A stretch of DNA of 64,000 nt, taken from the NCBI GenBank assembly GCA_012295275.1, contig CM022672.1:34410001-34474000 (forward strand). The letters are read 5' to 3'. Source of the stretch: Chrysomallon squamiferum. Its lineage: Eukaryota > Animalia > Mollusca. Both the position numbers and the translations under genes were made by a program. The stretch's first letter is position 1. Every line of letters begins with the position of its first letter. The notes beneath the pieces were generated by a model that ran no database searches, had not been told where the DNA came from, and saw only the letters and a program-made list of their open reading frames with translations. This document shows positions 1-15,733 of the stretch, piece after piece.

Positions 1-399
1 CTCTCCACGTTTGTTTACACTCGCTGTTTTTAAATGTGTCTGAGTCACGATCTGGTCTATGATGTCCACGTTTCTTACACAACTTTCCTGTCCCAGTTTC
101 AATACAACTGTATTAACAGATTTACTTTTTAATCTAGCCGCAGAGAAAAAGACAAAACAGCGTTTAGAAGATGCTTACTTACACTAAAACAATCAAACAC
201 GCTGGTCCTGGTTGTAGAGAAATGTGGATTAAGATTCTCGTGACCAAGATAGTGGCTGCGGAACAAGCGAGAGAGTCAAACGATTCTCATATTAATACGC
301 TACTCAGTCGCGATCTCTATACGTGCGTGTTTCAAGGCAGTTAACGTAACCATGACGTGACCAAAGTGTAGTTTGGTTTGTAAGAGTCACGCGTCTTTT

Positions 400-870
400 T
401 AAAGGAGACGTAGCAAATAATCTTATGTCTCCCCACATAAACAATCTACCAAGAATAAAGGGGAACCTAGCAAGCAATCACAGACTCCCCTAACTTAGAA
501 AACAGTAGGTTTCTCTAAATGGAAAACGTAGCAAGCAATCATAGGTCTGTAAAGGGAACCTACAAAACAATCCTAGATCTCACTGAAACCAAGCAAGCAA
601 TCTCCCTAAAGAGACATTGCAAAGAATAACAGATTTCTCTAAGTGAAAGCTATCATAGACATTCCTAAAGGGGAAACCTAACAAACAATCATAGGTCTCC
701 CTGATCTGGCATCTATCAAGCATCGTATGTTACTTAGAGAACTTACAAGCACTCACAGATCCCACACACGAGAACTTATGAAGAAATAAGTGGCCACCAT
801 AAACTGGAAGCTTGGCCGTTCCTAAGCAGAACCTAAAAGCAATCGTAAGTATCGCTGAACGGAACCGAAG
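400..870. repeat. Degenerate ~35-bp minisatellite
   Basis: Recurring GGGAACCTAGCAAGCAATCATAGGTCTCCCTAA-like units. Confidence 0.7.
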
Positions 871-3863
871 TTCATGTTAGCGCAAGGTTTAAAGACGTTT
901 CTCCAGTATCGTAATTAATACGGGATTAACTTTTAACTGGAGCCTGTGAACTTGTGTTCTGTCTGCGTCACAGAAACCTGATTCATCCTCTGTGAGACTA
1001 GTTTGAATAACTCAACAGTTAAACTGAAGAAAACTGATCACAGAGTAAACGTTAAACGGTTTGTCTAAATACTGGAGCACTTCATTGTTTGTGGAAATCA
1101 CTGGGAGAAAAATACATTTTATATTTCATATTATACACTATTGTTGTTACTACTACTATTTACAAACACACGTACACACACACACCGACACTGTGTGTGT
1201 GTGTGTGTGAATGTGCGTGTATATAATTATTAGATCAATAAAATGAAATACTAAGAAAAGAGTATTTTTAACGTGTTTCTAACAGCTGTAGTTGTAGTAG
1301 TTAGTAATTTTAGCAGAATTCTATTGTAAAAGCAGCAGAAGTAATGTTAGCAACAGCAATACAAGATCAGTGATGGTTGTTGTAGTAGTAGTTTTAGTTG
1401 TGGTTGCAGTGACAGTAACATTACCTGCGATAGAAATTGTAGTGAAAGTGATAGTGACGTAGTTGACGGTAATGGTAGCAACGTTAGTGGAAGGTAGTTG
1501 TTGCTGCTGCTGTTGTTGTAGTATCGGCAGAGGGAGTATAAGTATAAACAGAAGAAAAAACAGCAGGTGTAGTAGGTATTGTAAAACAGATTTTCATAAA
1601 TATTTCGTCTTTGATTTGGTTCTGTGTTGATGGATGTAAGTAAACCAAACCCGTTATGACACTAATCTTAGTATTTAACACTCGTCGTTTGGTAAAAGCT
1701 GTTTACACGATACAATTAGTAACTAACCTTTTTTTTCTGTAGATTTGGCATTGGGCCCCCCACAGAAAAATAACAGTAATTAAAAAATAAAAAAGAAGAA
1801 GAAGAAGAAGAAGAAAAATAAAAAGAATAAAATAAAATAAATTAAAATAAAATGAATTGAAAAAAAAAAAAAGATATGAAATGAAATGAGCTAGCTTGAT
1901 AAAGAGATTAAAAACTGAAAAATCTATAATAATAGGGATTGTTACTGACAACGTTGAGTTGCATCTAATTAATTACTTCGACTGCAAAACAAGAATAATT
2001 TTTATAAGCGCAGGAAATATTTTACTGTTGCTATTCTTTCGTCTTCTTGACTTTGTCGTTGTTTTTTATTAATTTTTATTGTGATTGTTGCCGTTGCTGT
2101 TGTAATACAAAAATATACTATATATTTAAAAACCATGGTTTATGAGATTCGTAACATATGACAATGCCTTTAGTGTAGCAAACTCGGTTTCTGGATCAGT
2201 TATGACAGAGAACTGTTTACCATGCTGAAGATGAACAACCGAGGAAAATCCAGCCAATTATTTCAACAAAAAGTCTGGATGACACCAGCATATGTTGTAT
2301 ACGATAAGTAATTGTCTTCAACAAGTTAAGTATGTTAGTCAGACAAAAGTGTGGTATAAGAGCTGCACGACTCCCGGATAAATAAACACACCTTTGACAT
2401 GAAATGTGGTTCATTGGTAAGTGAGCGTACACAGTTAAAAACAAGTTTAGGATCGATTCCAACAAGATGAATCAGGGACCATTTTCCCATTCAGATTGCT
2501 GTATTACGATTTGTATATCAACATCTATCATTGCTTGCCTGTTATGACAGTGGAAAAGTTAAACTAAAAGACGTAAGGCTCCTATTGATATTGCCTTTAT
2601 CTGTTTATCGATGTATCCATACATTCCTCCATTTGTCTGCGTATCTATCTATCTATCTGTGTATATCTCTATCTATCTACCTATCTACAACATATATATA
2701 TATATATTTATATTTATATTACTATTTATCTATATTTATATAGCTATCTTTTCTGATCATTTTACGTAAGGGCAAAAAATGACAACTAAATAATTTCTTT
2801 CATTTTTCGACAAAAATTCTTGTTTTACATAAAACAATTAATTAATGTCGTCATTTTTTTTTAAAACAGTAACATCATTATATTAATTATTGTTATTTTT
2901 AAAATATTAATTATTATATTATACAGCAGTAATAGTAATGGTAATAACACTAGAACCAGGAGGAGGGGAAGGAGAAGAGGGTAGTAGTAGTAGTAGTAGT
3001 AGTAGTAGCAGTAGTAGTAGTAGTAGTGTTAGTAACAGTAGTAGTAGTAGTAGCAGCAGTAGTACTGGTAGCAGTGGTAGTGGTAGTAGAAGTAGCAGCA
3101 GCAGCAGCAGCGTATACTATGGGTTGTGATGTTAACAGGTATAACAGTAATTGTAGTAGTCGTCGTAGTGGTAGTAAGCAGTTGATGTCATTAGATCGTT
3201 GCTGTCGGTCACTGACGAAGGCTTCGTGCGATCTACCGCAGTAGAACTGAGTCGTTGCCCGTTTTCTTAAAATAACTGACTCTTAAAATAACTTGTGACG
3301 TATCGGACAGTGACGTAACAGCAGGAGTGCGACGGAACTCGACTAAGTGCAGTTGTCCTAAAATAGCTATTACTGCGTGGGTATGTGACAATGGCAGCTT
3401 TCCTAGTCATTTTAGTCAGTGTGGATTGGTTTACATTAATAACGCAGTGAGACATTCATCGTCGTCTTGTTTTGTCTTTATTCTCTTGTTGAAGGTGTGG
3501 TCGTTTTGCTTTTCATTTTTTTAAATTTTACTTGCGTTTGATTATATATATGTGTATATATGTGTGTGTGGGTGGGTGTGAGAGTGCGTGTGCGTGTGTG
3601 TGGGAGTGTGTGTTTGTGTATATATATAGATATAGATATATATCTATATATATGTTTTTGTTTTTGTTTCAGTGATGAAAATTTACAAAGAATATTTCTA
3701 ATCCGTTTATACTCAGTTCATTCTGACTGATTAAGGACAAATAAATAGCAGTCGGTTCTACGTATTTCATTCATTCATTCATTCATTTTATTTTTCTTCA
3801 GTTTTCTAATTTTAAAACGACAGGCAATGAAGACAAAAAAGAAAAAGAAGAAAACAAAAAATC

Positions 3864-3900
<37 letters not shown>

Positions 3901-4440
3901 AAAATAAAAAATAGCACAGAGAGAGAGGGAATGAGAACAAGAAGTATCAAGAGAGTGAACATTTGAACTACTTGACTTTCTCTCTCGCTCAATCGTGAAG
4001 TACGCACAGACAACGTCATAAACACGTCTGAAAAACGAGTAGACTTTTTTCTAATTTGTCCTTATCCATTTTTTTTTAATATGCTGGCGTGACTGCGGAA
4101 AACACACGCATATCTGCAAGCACGTTGAAAACAAGCACGTGCACGCGAAGGAGCAAACCTACGTTTATTCGTAGGGGTTAATTTTAGGTTTGTTCGTGAC
4201 GAGCACTTTTTGACATTATGAAGTATATTAATTTTTATTGTTATCACACACACATATGTGTGTACGTGTGTGTGTGTGTGTTATATTAATTTATGTTATT
4301 ACAAACTTAAGTATATATATGTATACATGTATATATATATATCCATGCATGTAATCAACATACAATAAACACACACACATATATATTTTATATCTATCTA
4401 TCTATTTATCTATCTATATATATCTATCTATCTATCTATC

Positions 4441-4472
<32 letters not shown>

Positions 4473-4487
4473 ACACCTATATCTATT

Positions 4488-4558
<71 letters not shown>

Positions 4559-5150
4559 GTGTGTGGGAAAACAGTGTTAGATACAGTCATGTAATGCGTG
4601 CAATTCGCATAATGTTGCATTATTCGATAATAAAGTATGAAATGCAATGAAGACATGCTTTAAACGCGTTCTCACTAGGCAATGAACTGAACGAATCATT
4701 CTGTAACAACGCTTAAACCGTATTAGCGTAACTGATCCATCCAATTACCACAAATTTGATACCACGACTCACATACGAAAAATCACGTGACGAACAGCCC
4801 GCTTAAGGATGATGCCCATTTGTCGTGACGTAACTTTACAGTGACGCCCCCTTTTAATACAACTCCCCCCCCCTGTGTTCCCACAGAGAAGCGGGCTGGA
4901 ACCGCCTCTGAAATGCCACAGATATCAGTCGTCAAATTCAGCGTCCTGTGACAAGCGATGCCGCGCCGCTGTGACAAGTACAAATACGTGGTACGGAGCT
5001 GAACGAGGCTGCTGAAAGCGAGATCAGAGCGTTTGTCGTAATCAGATCAGTTTTCTCTCGACACCGAGACTGAGGGCAAGAAAGATAAGGTGTAAATAAA
5101 AATGTGTGCCTGTGATAGAAAGGACACGGGTGGTGGGGGAGGGAGGGAAG

Positions 5151-5480
<330 letters not shown>

Positions 5481-6667
5481 AGTTAAAAGATTAAAAGATT
5501 TAAAAGATTAAAATAAATTATTTACATGTACGAACATTCACACTCACTGAAATATGTATATGTATTTCTTTGTGAATGTTTAATTATAGATATGTATGTA
5601 GATGTACGTAAGTATGTGTGTATGTACGTATGTTTTTAATTATGTATGAATGCATGGTATGTATATTTATTTTACTATATGTGAGTGCGTGCGTGCGTGT
5701 GCGTGTGTATATTTATATAGTAGTAAATATATATATATATATGTGAGTATGTGTATTTTGTGTGTTTGTGTGTGTGTGTGTGTGTGTGTATAAATATTTA
5801 GTACCTTTTATTAGTATATATCTGTGTATGTATGTACATGTATCTTTGAAAACATATCAAGATTTATCTTCTACGATGTCTGTTTTTACGAGTTTTTTTT
5901 TTTTTTTTTTTTTAAATTAATGCCTTGAATAGGGTAATTTCTTACTTCACTGAACAAACGAAGTTTCCGATACTCTCTTGCTGGCTCTAAATTAAACTAT
6001 AAATTCATCTTCGCTAATCCCTCAGTGAAAACAGGGGCACGCGTCTCTCAACTTTTCACAAACATTTTTTTAGTGGCCTTTAATACAATTAGAACTCTTC
6101 TGACCCGTGGTTAATTGTTTTCTTTTTCAAGTAGAGGGCAGCAGTGGTGGGGGGGTGGAGGTCAGGAGTGGTGGGGGAAAGGGAGGGCTCGCGAAGTCTT
6201 CAAACGACGAAGGAAACTGCGTCTCGAAGAGGGAAGCTGTGTAAACTGACCGCCACTCGCCAGAAGACAGGAGTCGGCTGCTTGGGTGGCGGTTTTAATA
6301 GACCGGAATAACAAACAAACTCGATTACGAGCCACGCCTATCGTGGGTCGCAGATTCGTGGGGGGGGATTGCTGTTTCTGCAGCACGTGCCGCGCAGGAA
6401 GTGGGTCCCATCAGTTGTTTCCGATGTCGTACGTAATTGAAGTTGGTTTTTAAATAACAGTTGTTGAGGTTTTTTTGAGGATGAAAGAAAATTTACGAGT
6501 GGAATTTTAATTTTTAATTAGCAGCAATGAGTACAGTGTTTGTTCGGGTAAAAGGAGTGCTGAAGATAATGAGAGAAAAGAGCCCGTAGTTTTTTAATTA
6601 GCAGCATGTTTTACATATATATATACAGACACACTGACATATATTTGTACACATACAAAACACAGAT

Positions 6668-6744
<77 letters not shown>

Positions 6745-6761
6745 AGAGAGAGAGAGGAGAG

Positions 6762-6858
<97 letters not shown>

Positions 6859-7472
6859 ACGTAATCTTATAGCTTAAACACAAAACGATTGTTACGTACG
6901 GCTACTGGTAAAGTTAAAGGACGACGTGTTAGATTTTCTAAATCTGATATCAAAGGAAATTTCTCAGGGTTGAGACTTACTCCTTTTTCCAAACTCCGCC
7001 AATGAAACTTACTCATTACTTTTTCTTCTTTTTTTATTTGAACATTTTTAAATTTTTTTTTTTTTTTTTTTTTTTTTTTAATGTTTATTCTTTCGTAAAT
7101 TCCTGAGAAAGTAAACCAAAGCGTCTGCAAAGCCACAGTGCGCACATTGTCGACTTGATCTGGAGACGTTCTCAGAGGAAGAACCTGAGAAAAACACGTG
7201 GGAACAGATTCGGAATCTGCATGTTTCGAGTTATCGAAGGCAGCCGCTCGCTTTATTGAAATGTTCAAATTTAATCCTTGCGTTGAAGCGAAACGAAAGA
7301 ACATGCAGCACGTGGTTTTGTTTCTCTTAAAGCGACTGCAGATGGTTTTTGTTGTTTTTTTCTTCTACCCATCCTGCAAACTGTCCAACGCCGACCGGCA
7401 CGTCGTGTCAGATGTTGACGTAACCTACTCTACACTGATGTCGTGAAAATGTTCAAGCACGCAATGACTGGC

Positions 7473-7475
<3 letters not shown>

Positions 7476-7505
<30 letters not shown>

Positions 7506-7785
7506 TGATAATGATGATATTGATGACGATTATGATGATGATAATAATGATGATAATAATGATGATGATGACGATGATGATGACGATGATGATGATGATG
7601 ATGATCATGATTACCTCTACAAAGATAAATAGAAGTAACGTCGTAGATCGACATCTTTCACTTCCCTGTCCTTATAATCCTTTTTATTGTTATTATTATT
7701 GTTCTTGTCGTTGCTGTTGTTTTCGTGGTGGAGTCGGGTTTTATTTGGCGTCTCTCGTCGTTGTTCTTTCGTGATTGTAGTCATT

Positions 7786-7820
<35 letters not shown>

Positions 7821-8106
7821 TATCATCATCATCATCATCATTATTATCATCATCATCATCATCATCATCATCATTATTATTATCATTATCATTATCATCA
7901 TCATTATCATCATCATCATCATCATTATTATTATCATCATCATCATTATTATTATCATCATCATCATCATCATTATTATTATCATCATCATCATCATCAC
8001 CAATCATCATTATTATAATTATTATTATCATCATCATCATCATCATTATTATTATTATCATTATTATTATTATCATCATCATCATCATTAGTATTATTAT
8101 TATTAT
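7476..8106. repeat. Compound trinucleotide microsatellites (AAT/GAT, then CAT/TAT); similar tracts at 21870-22178, 33100-33295, 33732-34045, 34520-34890
   Basis: Directly visible; source of the poly-H/I/M/D/N ORFs. Confidence 0.97.
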
Positions 8107-9202
8107 TCCTGTGCCATTACAATAACGCACGGTGTCCTTGTTATAGTTTCATCATGAAAAAAAAGAAATAAAAAATTAACTTACAAGTCATTATTTGAAT
8201 ATTTATTTCCACTACAAAACGTTTGTTCTGACATTAACATAAAACTGAAGACACATCGCGTAGTGAAGCACTGACTGTGCTGTAGTGTGACTCAGTGTTC
8301 AACTGATGTTGTGTTGATTTATAGGCAGCGACGCCATTTGCAGTTGTCTTCACTTCCTTGCCATTCATTTTCTGTCTGTGCACGTCTGAATTCTTCGCTA
8401 ATAAAACCCATTTAGTTTGGAAGAAAAATAATCGAAAAGAAAAAAATATATATAACGGTTTCTTTAAATGTAATTAAGGGGGAAAAAAAGAAAAGAAAGG
8501 AAGAAAGAAAAAAAATCGACTGTTTCTGAAAAACAAATGATGACAAATGTCTCAAACGTTACATGTGTAAATCATTCGGCTGTCGCTACGTATTTCCGGT
8601 GTGTGCGTACATTTAAAAACAAAAACAATGAACGGCGCCTCTGGTACAAAAAAAATAAAATAAATTAATGTCTTTAAGGTTTGTGAAATTGTTCTCGCAT
8701 GAAAAATATGCAGAACCTTTCATTTTTAATTTATCTTAGAATGACGAATTTTCGTCTGTGGTTTTTGTAATGTTAAGATAAACTTTAAGTTTTGTTTATT
8801 GTTAGTGAAATGTACAATACTGTCAGTAAACAGAATATTGAATATTTATTTTGTTTTGTCTTCTGCATGTATTAATCAGTAAAACTAGAAAACATCAGGT
8901 AACCTGATATTATTAGTAGTTATGCAGTAGAACTGTATCATAGTTTTCAGTTATTGCTATCTTGAAGTATCATTGTACTGCAGTAGCTTACTACTTGTAA
9001 TGGAATAGTGGTAGTGCAGTAGTTGCAGTAGTAATAGTAGTAGTAGAAGTTATAAGGTAATTGATAATTGTTGCTAAACTTAAAGTATCAGTAGTGCTAT
9101 AGTAGCTTATAGTTTAGTATAGTTGTAATAGTACTACCAGCACTATTATGGTAACAACAGTAGGAATAACAGTAACACCTTTATAGAGAAAGACAGAAAA
9201 GC

Positions 9203-9299
<97 letters not shown>

Positions 9300-9871
9300 A
9301 AACACACAAACCATTTAAGAACCTGCTTTCTTTTCTTCTACGTTCAGTTGAATACCAAATGCAAGAATTTCGCTGGCAGTTTAAATACTGTTACAACAAC
9401 AATGGTTTGTCAACCGTCTTATTTCTTTCTATTCACATCCCAGCATCAATCATTTTAAAATAATTTTGGTTGAAGCAGAAGGTGAGTGTAAGGCTGCTAA
9501 ATGTCAGATACTAAAACAAAAATAAGTCCAGTAAGTGAAGCAACACATTGCAAAGACATTCCAGATTAACTGATGCTTTCATTTCCTTCGATAAACTATA
9601 ACACTTGCTGTTTGTAAGTTACTGACTGTTTGTAACTATTTTCATACTTGATATTTTAAGATACAGCAATAACATACACGAACTTACACACCAACATACT
9701 CATTCGAATGCACACAGATACATACGTGTATATATATTATACGTACATACAAATGTACATAATTATACATACATGCATACAAATTTATATGTAATTATAC
9801 ATACATGCATAGAAATCGGTCTCCGATTATTACTATTATTTATTATTATTATTGTTGGTCTGTCATCATCG

Positions 9872-9919
<48 letters not shown>

Positions 9920-11499
9920 AAAGTGAAAAACCTTTCTATTCTCTGTTATTAGTTTTCTAATCTTACTACTGAGCTAATTCTGGAGAATGTATCCAGGGAA
10001 CAAGGTGCTGGTTGACCTGAGAATGACAAAGTCAGACTGGAATTAGTTTTCAGTGGGAACTGATTTTATCATCTATGCCCTCAGTCTTTAATATTATTAA
10101 ACTATTTTACATCGGTTACGTAACCATCTAAGTTGATATTTCTTCGCTATAATGTTTAATTGCTATTATTGTTTATGACTTTATGAATCATTTATGCCAT
10201 GTTTATTACGTATTATATTGCTTATTGTGTTGGTAGACTTTAAATTGTCTCTTTCTGTTATCTGTCACGTTGGCAGGTTTTTAACAAATGTTTATTTATA
10301 TTTATTGTTTATATTTAATATACAAAATTTTTCCTTATAACAGTACCGGATTATATAGTGTCCGTTTTTGTTAATTGTCACGTTGAAAGGTTTTAACCAA
10401 TGTTTATTTATCTAAGCGGGTTTGTTGTTTTGAATGTTTCTTTTTGTTTATTGTTTATATTAAATATTGCTCTGGGACAAGTTTCATTAAACAATTTTTA
10501 TTTTTCAGTTCACAGTTTTATAATTTACTTAGTCATTCGTTTATATTTGGTAATAAATAAGCAGTGTTCTTATTTCTTTTATGCTGGTGTTGTCATGGAC
10601 ACAAAACGATAATACACAAGTCTAATTTGATTTTTCTTTTTACTGCGTGTCTCAGTGTAACTCACAATGTAACAACCTTTCTTTTCGTCCATGTTTCAGT
10701 TTGTATCATTAAATGATTTATTTATTCCACGTGAACCACTCTCGCAGTAAATTAGAAACACGTTTCACCGGCAATAAAAAAACAATTTAACCTTTAGCGT
10801 CTTCTAGCGCTGTTCCAAACAAGAACCGGAACTCCAGGGTTCGTCTTTCGTGAAGTAATTCCACCAACGCGGTGCGCCCGACTCTGCCAGGTTTGCGTCA
10901 CTTTTCCAACCATCATTGACTACACGTTTCATCCTCCTCCGTGTTTGTTTTTATTTGTATGCAAGCTAAACAAGCCGCAGCCGGTCTCCGTTGCCTACGA
11001 GGACGTTACTCACAAAACATGGCTGTCAAAACGAAACACGAGCGATCCCGAGTGTTTACACGTAAAACACGAACCCGCTGGTAACAATAGCAGACGTTAG
11101 TAAATATGTCGGTCAGTTGTTTTGAGAATGGAATCAAGTGAAATCATTAAAAACAGTCCGTTTAGACAGAAACTGATTCAAACAAAAGCTAGTTTTAAAC
11201 GACGCCCATTTTTATTTTTATTTTTATATATTTTTTTTTTTTTAAGGTAGCTAGATCTCTTTATAGAGAGCTTATATCTGAATACAGTCTACATTAACCA
11301 CAAAAACTTTTTAATTTTAACATAGAAGCAGAAAAAGACGTTCATTTCAACATAGTCCTATTTAAATAAATTCACATTTAAAGAAGATGAATTTAAATGA
11401 AGTCATCAAGGTCTGTATAAAACTACGTACATTTTCTCCCTTTAGGAAAAATTCTATTTTAAATTCGCTCAACTAAAACGAGTGCGCTGTTAAATTCAG

Positions 11500-12200
11500 T
11501 CTGTGTTACTTAAATTATTCTCACCACCTTTCTTAACAATATTGTTAATTTTGTATCTTTTTTAAACTATGCTCAAACAGTGTTATTGCTAACTTGTGTG
11601 CTACTTAATCTGCTTCATAAACTATGCAGTATTGTTAATTTGTATGCTTGCTATACAAACCATACAGTATTGTTAATTTTGTATGTTTATTTAAACTATG
11701 CAAAAACTAGGCTTTATTGTTAATTTGTATGTTTTTTAAACTATGCTTTCTAAAGTATGCAGTATTGTTAAACTGTATGTGATATAAAACAACGTTACCA
11801 CAAACTATTAAATGCTGTTAAGCTCTGTAATTTAAACTATTGTTCACAAACTATGCAGTACTATTAATTTGTATGCTATTTAAACTATGCTTAATAAAAC
11901 ATGCAATAGTGTTAATTTGTATGTTATTTAAACTATGCTTCATAAACTATGTCACTACTTTTAAGGCCTGTGTTATTTAAACGTTGCCTCACAAACTATG
12001 CAGTATTGTAAACTTCTGTGTTATTTAAACTATTCTCAAACTATGTTGTAGTGCTATATGTTCGCTACACAAACCACACAGTATTGTTATTTAAAATACA
12101 CCACACGAGCTACATCACTAAGTAAATATCACACAACGATATAGTGTTTAAAACCGTGTGTCATTTCAAATACGTGTTATTTAAGACGATGTTCGTTAAA
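11500..12200. repeat. Degenerate ~40-bp AT-rich minisatellite
   Basis: Recurring AAACTATGCAGTATTGTTAATTTGTATG..TTTAAACTATGCT units. Confidence 0.8.
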
Positions 12201-12483
12201 TATCGAGAGACTCTTAGAAAGGCACAGTTAACTAGTGAACTCGGAGAAAGACAAAGAGAGAGAGAGATTATGCAATAACTGACATACTGACCTGATGTAA
12301 CGCTTGTGTACAAAGCACATATTTAAAGTACACAAATGTTGGCCAGTGGTGATTATTCATTAATGTTTTTATCATCGTTTTACTAACACTGCATTCAGTA
12401 ATAATTAAAAACAACAATAAGAAGAAGTAGAAGAGGATAACAACGACAACAACAACAAAAACTACTACTATTATTATTATTAC

Positions 12484-12544
<61 letters not shown>

Positions 12545-12852
12545 CCAAAGAAAACAAGAATAATAAAAAAGCAAACCAAAGCAATTATAGACACATACAT
12601 CCAAACCCCCACCCCTCCACATATATATATATATATATCTCAGTCTGTTTGTCTATACAGCTATCCGTCTTTCTGTTTATCTGATTAGGAGCAATATTTT
12701 CTTCCACTTTCTAATAACAGTAACAAAATAAATAAATAAATAAATAAATAAATAAACAAAAAACAAAAAAAGACACACACACAAAAAAAAATCCTTACAT
12801 TATATATGTGTACAGTACACAAAGATCAAACAAATTACATCTGTGATGAATA

Positions 12853-13017
12853 AACCATTCACAAGATAAAGCTTTTTTATTACACACTTTGATACCATTC
12901 GTAAGATACAGTTTTTTATTACACACTTTGATACCATTCGTAAGATACAGCGTTTTATTACACACTTTGATACCATTCGTAAGATACAGCATTTTATTAC
13001 ACACTTTGATACCATCG
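12853..13017. repeat. 39-bp tandem repeat, about 4 copies
   Basis: Unit TTTTATTACACACTTTGATACCATTCGTAAGATACAG(NN); produces the spurious LYLTNGIKVCNK ORFs. Confidence 0.92.
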
Positions 13018-13388
13018 TGTGTCTGCATGTCCCTGATATGACTGTGATTGTCTCATCTCTCTTTCACTCGAACTGTAACAAAACTCGAGATCAAACGACA
13101 GTCGTAACGTTCTCCAGTGTCTGGCTTTAAGAGTCGCTTCTGTGTGATCAAACAGTAACACGTTTGTAAAAAACACACCTGGAGGCTGATATCGATGGCC
13201 ATGAATGCAGAAATAGACAATATAAATTAAAGTAAAAGGTAAGAAAGAAATGAAAGAGAATGGAAGTAGATCAAGAAAAAACAGAGTTTGCTTCAGTGTG
13301 TTTTGGTTTGCTTTTGTATCAGTTCATTGTCTTTTTAAAATAGATGAGTGTGCGTGTGTGTGTGTGTTTGTGTGTTTGTGTGTGTGTG

Positions 13389-13573
<185 letters not shown>

Positions 13574-13934
13574 TTGCACAAAAACAAAACATTTATTTAG
13601 CAGACAAACTGACAGGAGTAAATATTTTCTAATTTAACCCATTAATCCGCAACAGGCTGATTTTACCATGCAAAGGTTATTAATATTGCAGAGTACTTCA
13701 GGATATACTAATGGTTCGAAACTTGACGGAATAGTTCTGTTTTGAGATTTGTCATCGGACTACATATGAAAGTATGCGAGGATCACTGTCCTGTTATTTA
13801 AAACCATCGCAGGAGTCTTCCAGCTCTGATCGTAAAATAAAAGTCTTTTCGATAATCTCTGTATTTTCTTTTCTTAAGGGCGTCGTATTATATGTAGTGC
13901 TCAAGTATCGATATGTATTATGATTATGATGATG

Positions 13935-13973
<39 letters not shown>

Positions 13974-15345
13974 GTTGTTATTATTAATATTATTATTATT
14001 ATCGCCTTTTGAGCTTATGTGTTGTGTTGTGACTGTGAGCAAGTCTAGGTGAAATTACGTCATGTAATCAGTAATTTCTGTATTACATGATGTCAGCAGA
14101 TTTGTTATCATTTTACACAAGTACTGTGTCAATTCATATACATGTCTGTATGTATATGTGTGTGTATGTAGTGAGAATGTGTTTGTAAATAAATACATAC
14201 ACACACATATACACACAGACAACACATGCAGATTAATGAATAGACTGATAAACAGACATACATACACACAGACACATAAATAAATGGACAGAAAGACTGT
14301 CAGACAGATACAGACAGACAGATGTATGTACGTAACGATACAGATACTGCTTAATTTAGTTACATTAATCTGTTACATTGTAAAGTGACATTTTAAAATT
14401 CTCCACGCCCACTTTCAGTTGTCAGTTAAATTTGAAAATCGTTGTCGCCTGGTTGATTATCTTGTTTGTTTGTGACATCTTCAAAGACAGAAAATGATAA
14501 CGCCCTTTGATAATAATAACCCTTCTGAAACTTATAGCCATATTCATTATTATTATTACTTTAGTTTTGAAGTGTAGTTTTAGTTTAAAATCTAAAAAAA
14601 AAAAAAGAAATCATGTTATATATTTATATGTATGATTTTTCTTTCGCTTCTTTTTAAAGAGAATTTTGATAATCTAAGAATTTGATTAAGTAAACGTATC
14701 TTTCAAAGCGCTTTTTTCTTTTCTTTTTTTCTTTTTTCTTTTCTTTTTTTATTTATTTATTTTCTTTTTTCTTTTTCTTTTTATGCTTTTTCTTATGAAC
14801 TTCAAACATCATGATGCTATAAATACTTATAGTTACTTTGAAATTTGTTTAAATGTATTAAACTGCAACGGGCTGGAAAAAATGGGGAAAGAAAAAAGAA
14901 AGAAAAAAAAAAGCTTTCATTATGAGCTTGCCATTTCAATCATCTTTCCGAACATAAAATCGTAATGTTTGTTTGCGGTTAATGTCGGTGTTAAGTGAGT
15001 GATGTTCATATTTCCTTTCACATATCTGATTTCTGTTAACTAGGATTAAATGGGATTCAGTATGTCATTACCTTGGTTATAAGCTATCCACATTTGAAGT
15101 TTTGTGTATCGTATTTTATTTCGTGTATGTATGTATGTATGTCTATGTTTGCTGTATAAATGTGGCTGTTTGTTTAGGTTTGTACGTCCATCGCTTTGAT
15201 GTACAAAAAAACAAAAACAACAATAACAGTAAGAAATAGCTCTCAGACGATATTTATTTATTTATACGATAATTTATTATTATTTTTTTTAATTTTTATT
15301 TGTTTGTTTATCATTATTTATGAGTCGGAAATAAAATAAAATAAA

Positions 15346-15387
<42 letters not shown>

Positions 15388-15698
15388 CAGCTCTTTGCCG
15401 CCATTAGTCACGGACACAAATTTTTTTTTTTTTTTGTAACGCCGAAGCAGGAAACTACGTTACATTGAAACAAGTTAATTACGTGGTAATGTGTTACACA
15501 AACAACAATTAAAACAGCAAACAGCAGGAAAAACGTCACCTGTTTATGACGTAATACGCACGAGCAATACGTCCTGTCTCTGACTTTGAACTGCAGAAAA
15601 GGATGTTGAATCGTTTGATGCTTTTCTTTCGAAATGACTCACAAGTAAAATATAAACAGGCGCGGATTGAATAAAACTAGAAGTGTTGATACATGAAA

Positions 15699-15733
<35 letters not shown>

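Noticed and set aside
2221-2276. Possible phase-2 minus-strand exon (LFVEIIGWIFLGCSSSAW) as exon 2 of the signal-peptide gene
   Set aside because: Weak acceptor with no polypyrimidine tract, weak donor (gtaaac) and no recognisable homology.
6867-7446. ORFs of 145 aa (-) and 82 aa (+) in a CpG-rich island
   Set aside because: One runs through a poly-A tract; neither has a recognisable domain or a good acceptor/donor pair.
8325-8375. Minus-strand AATGGCAAGGAAG resembling miR-263/miR-31 5' ends
   Set aside because: Seed mismatch, and no complementary arm forming a precursor hairpin around it.
9348-9487. Plus-strand acceptor(s) and strong donor AAG|gtgagt suggesting an exon
   Set aside because: Isolated, with no partner exons or meaningful peptide; could be chance or a lncRNA exon, which cannot be supported from sequence alone.
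12853-13017. CRISPR-like appearance of regular repeats (also 30041-30243 and 60750-61200)
   Set aside because: Head-to-tail tandem units with no unique spacers, in a eukaryotic intron-containing context with no cas genes.
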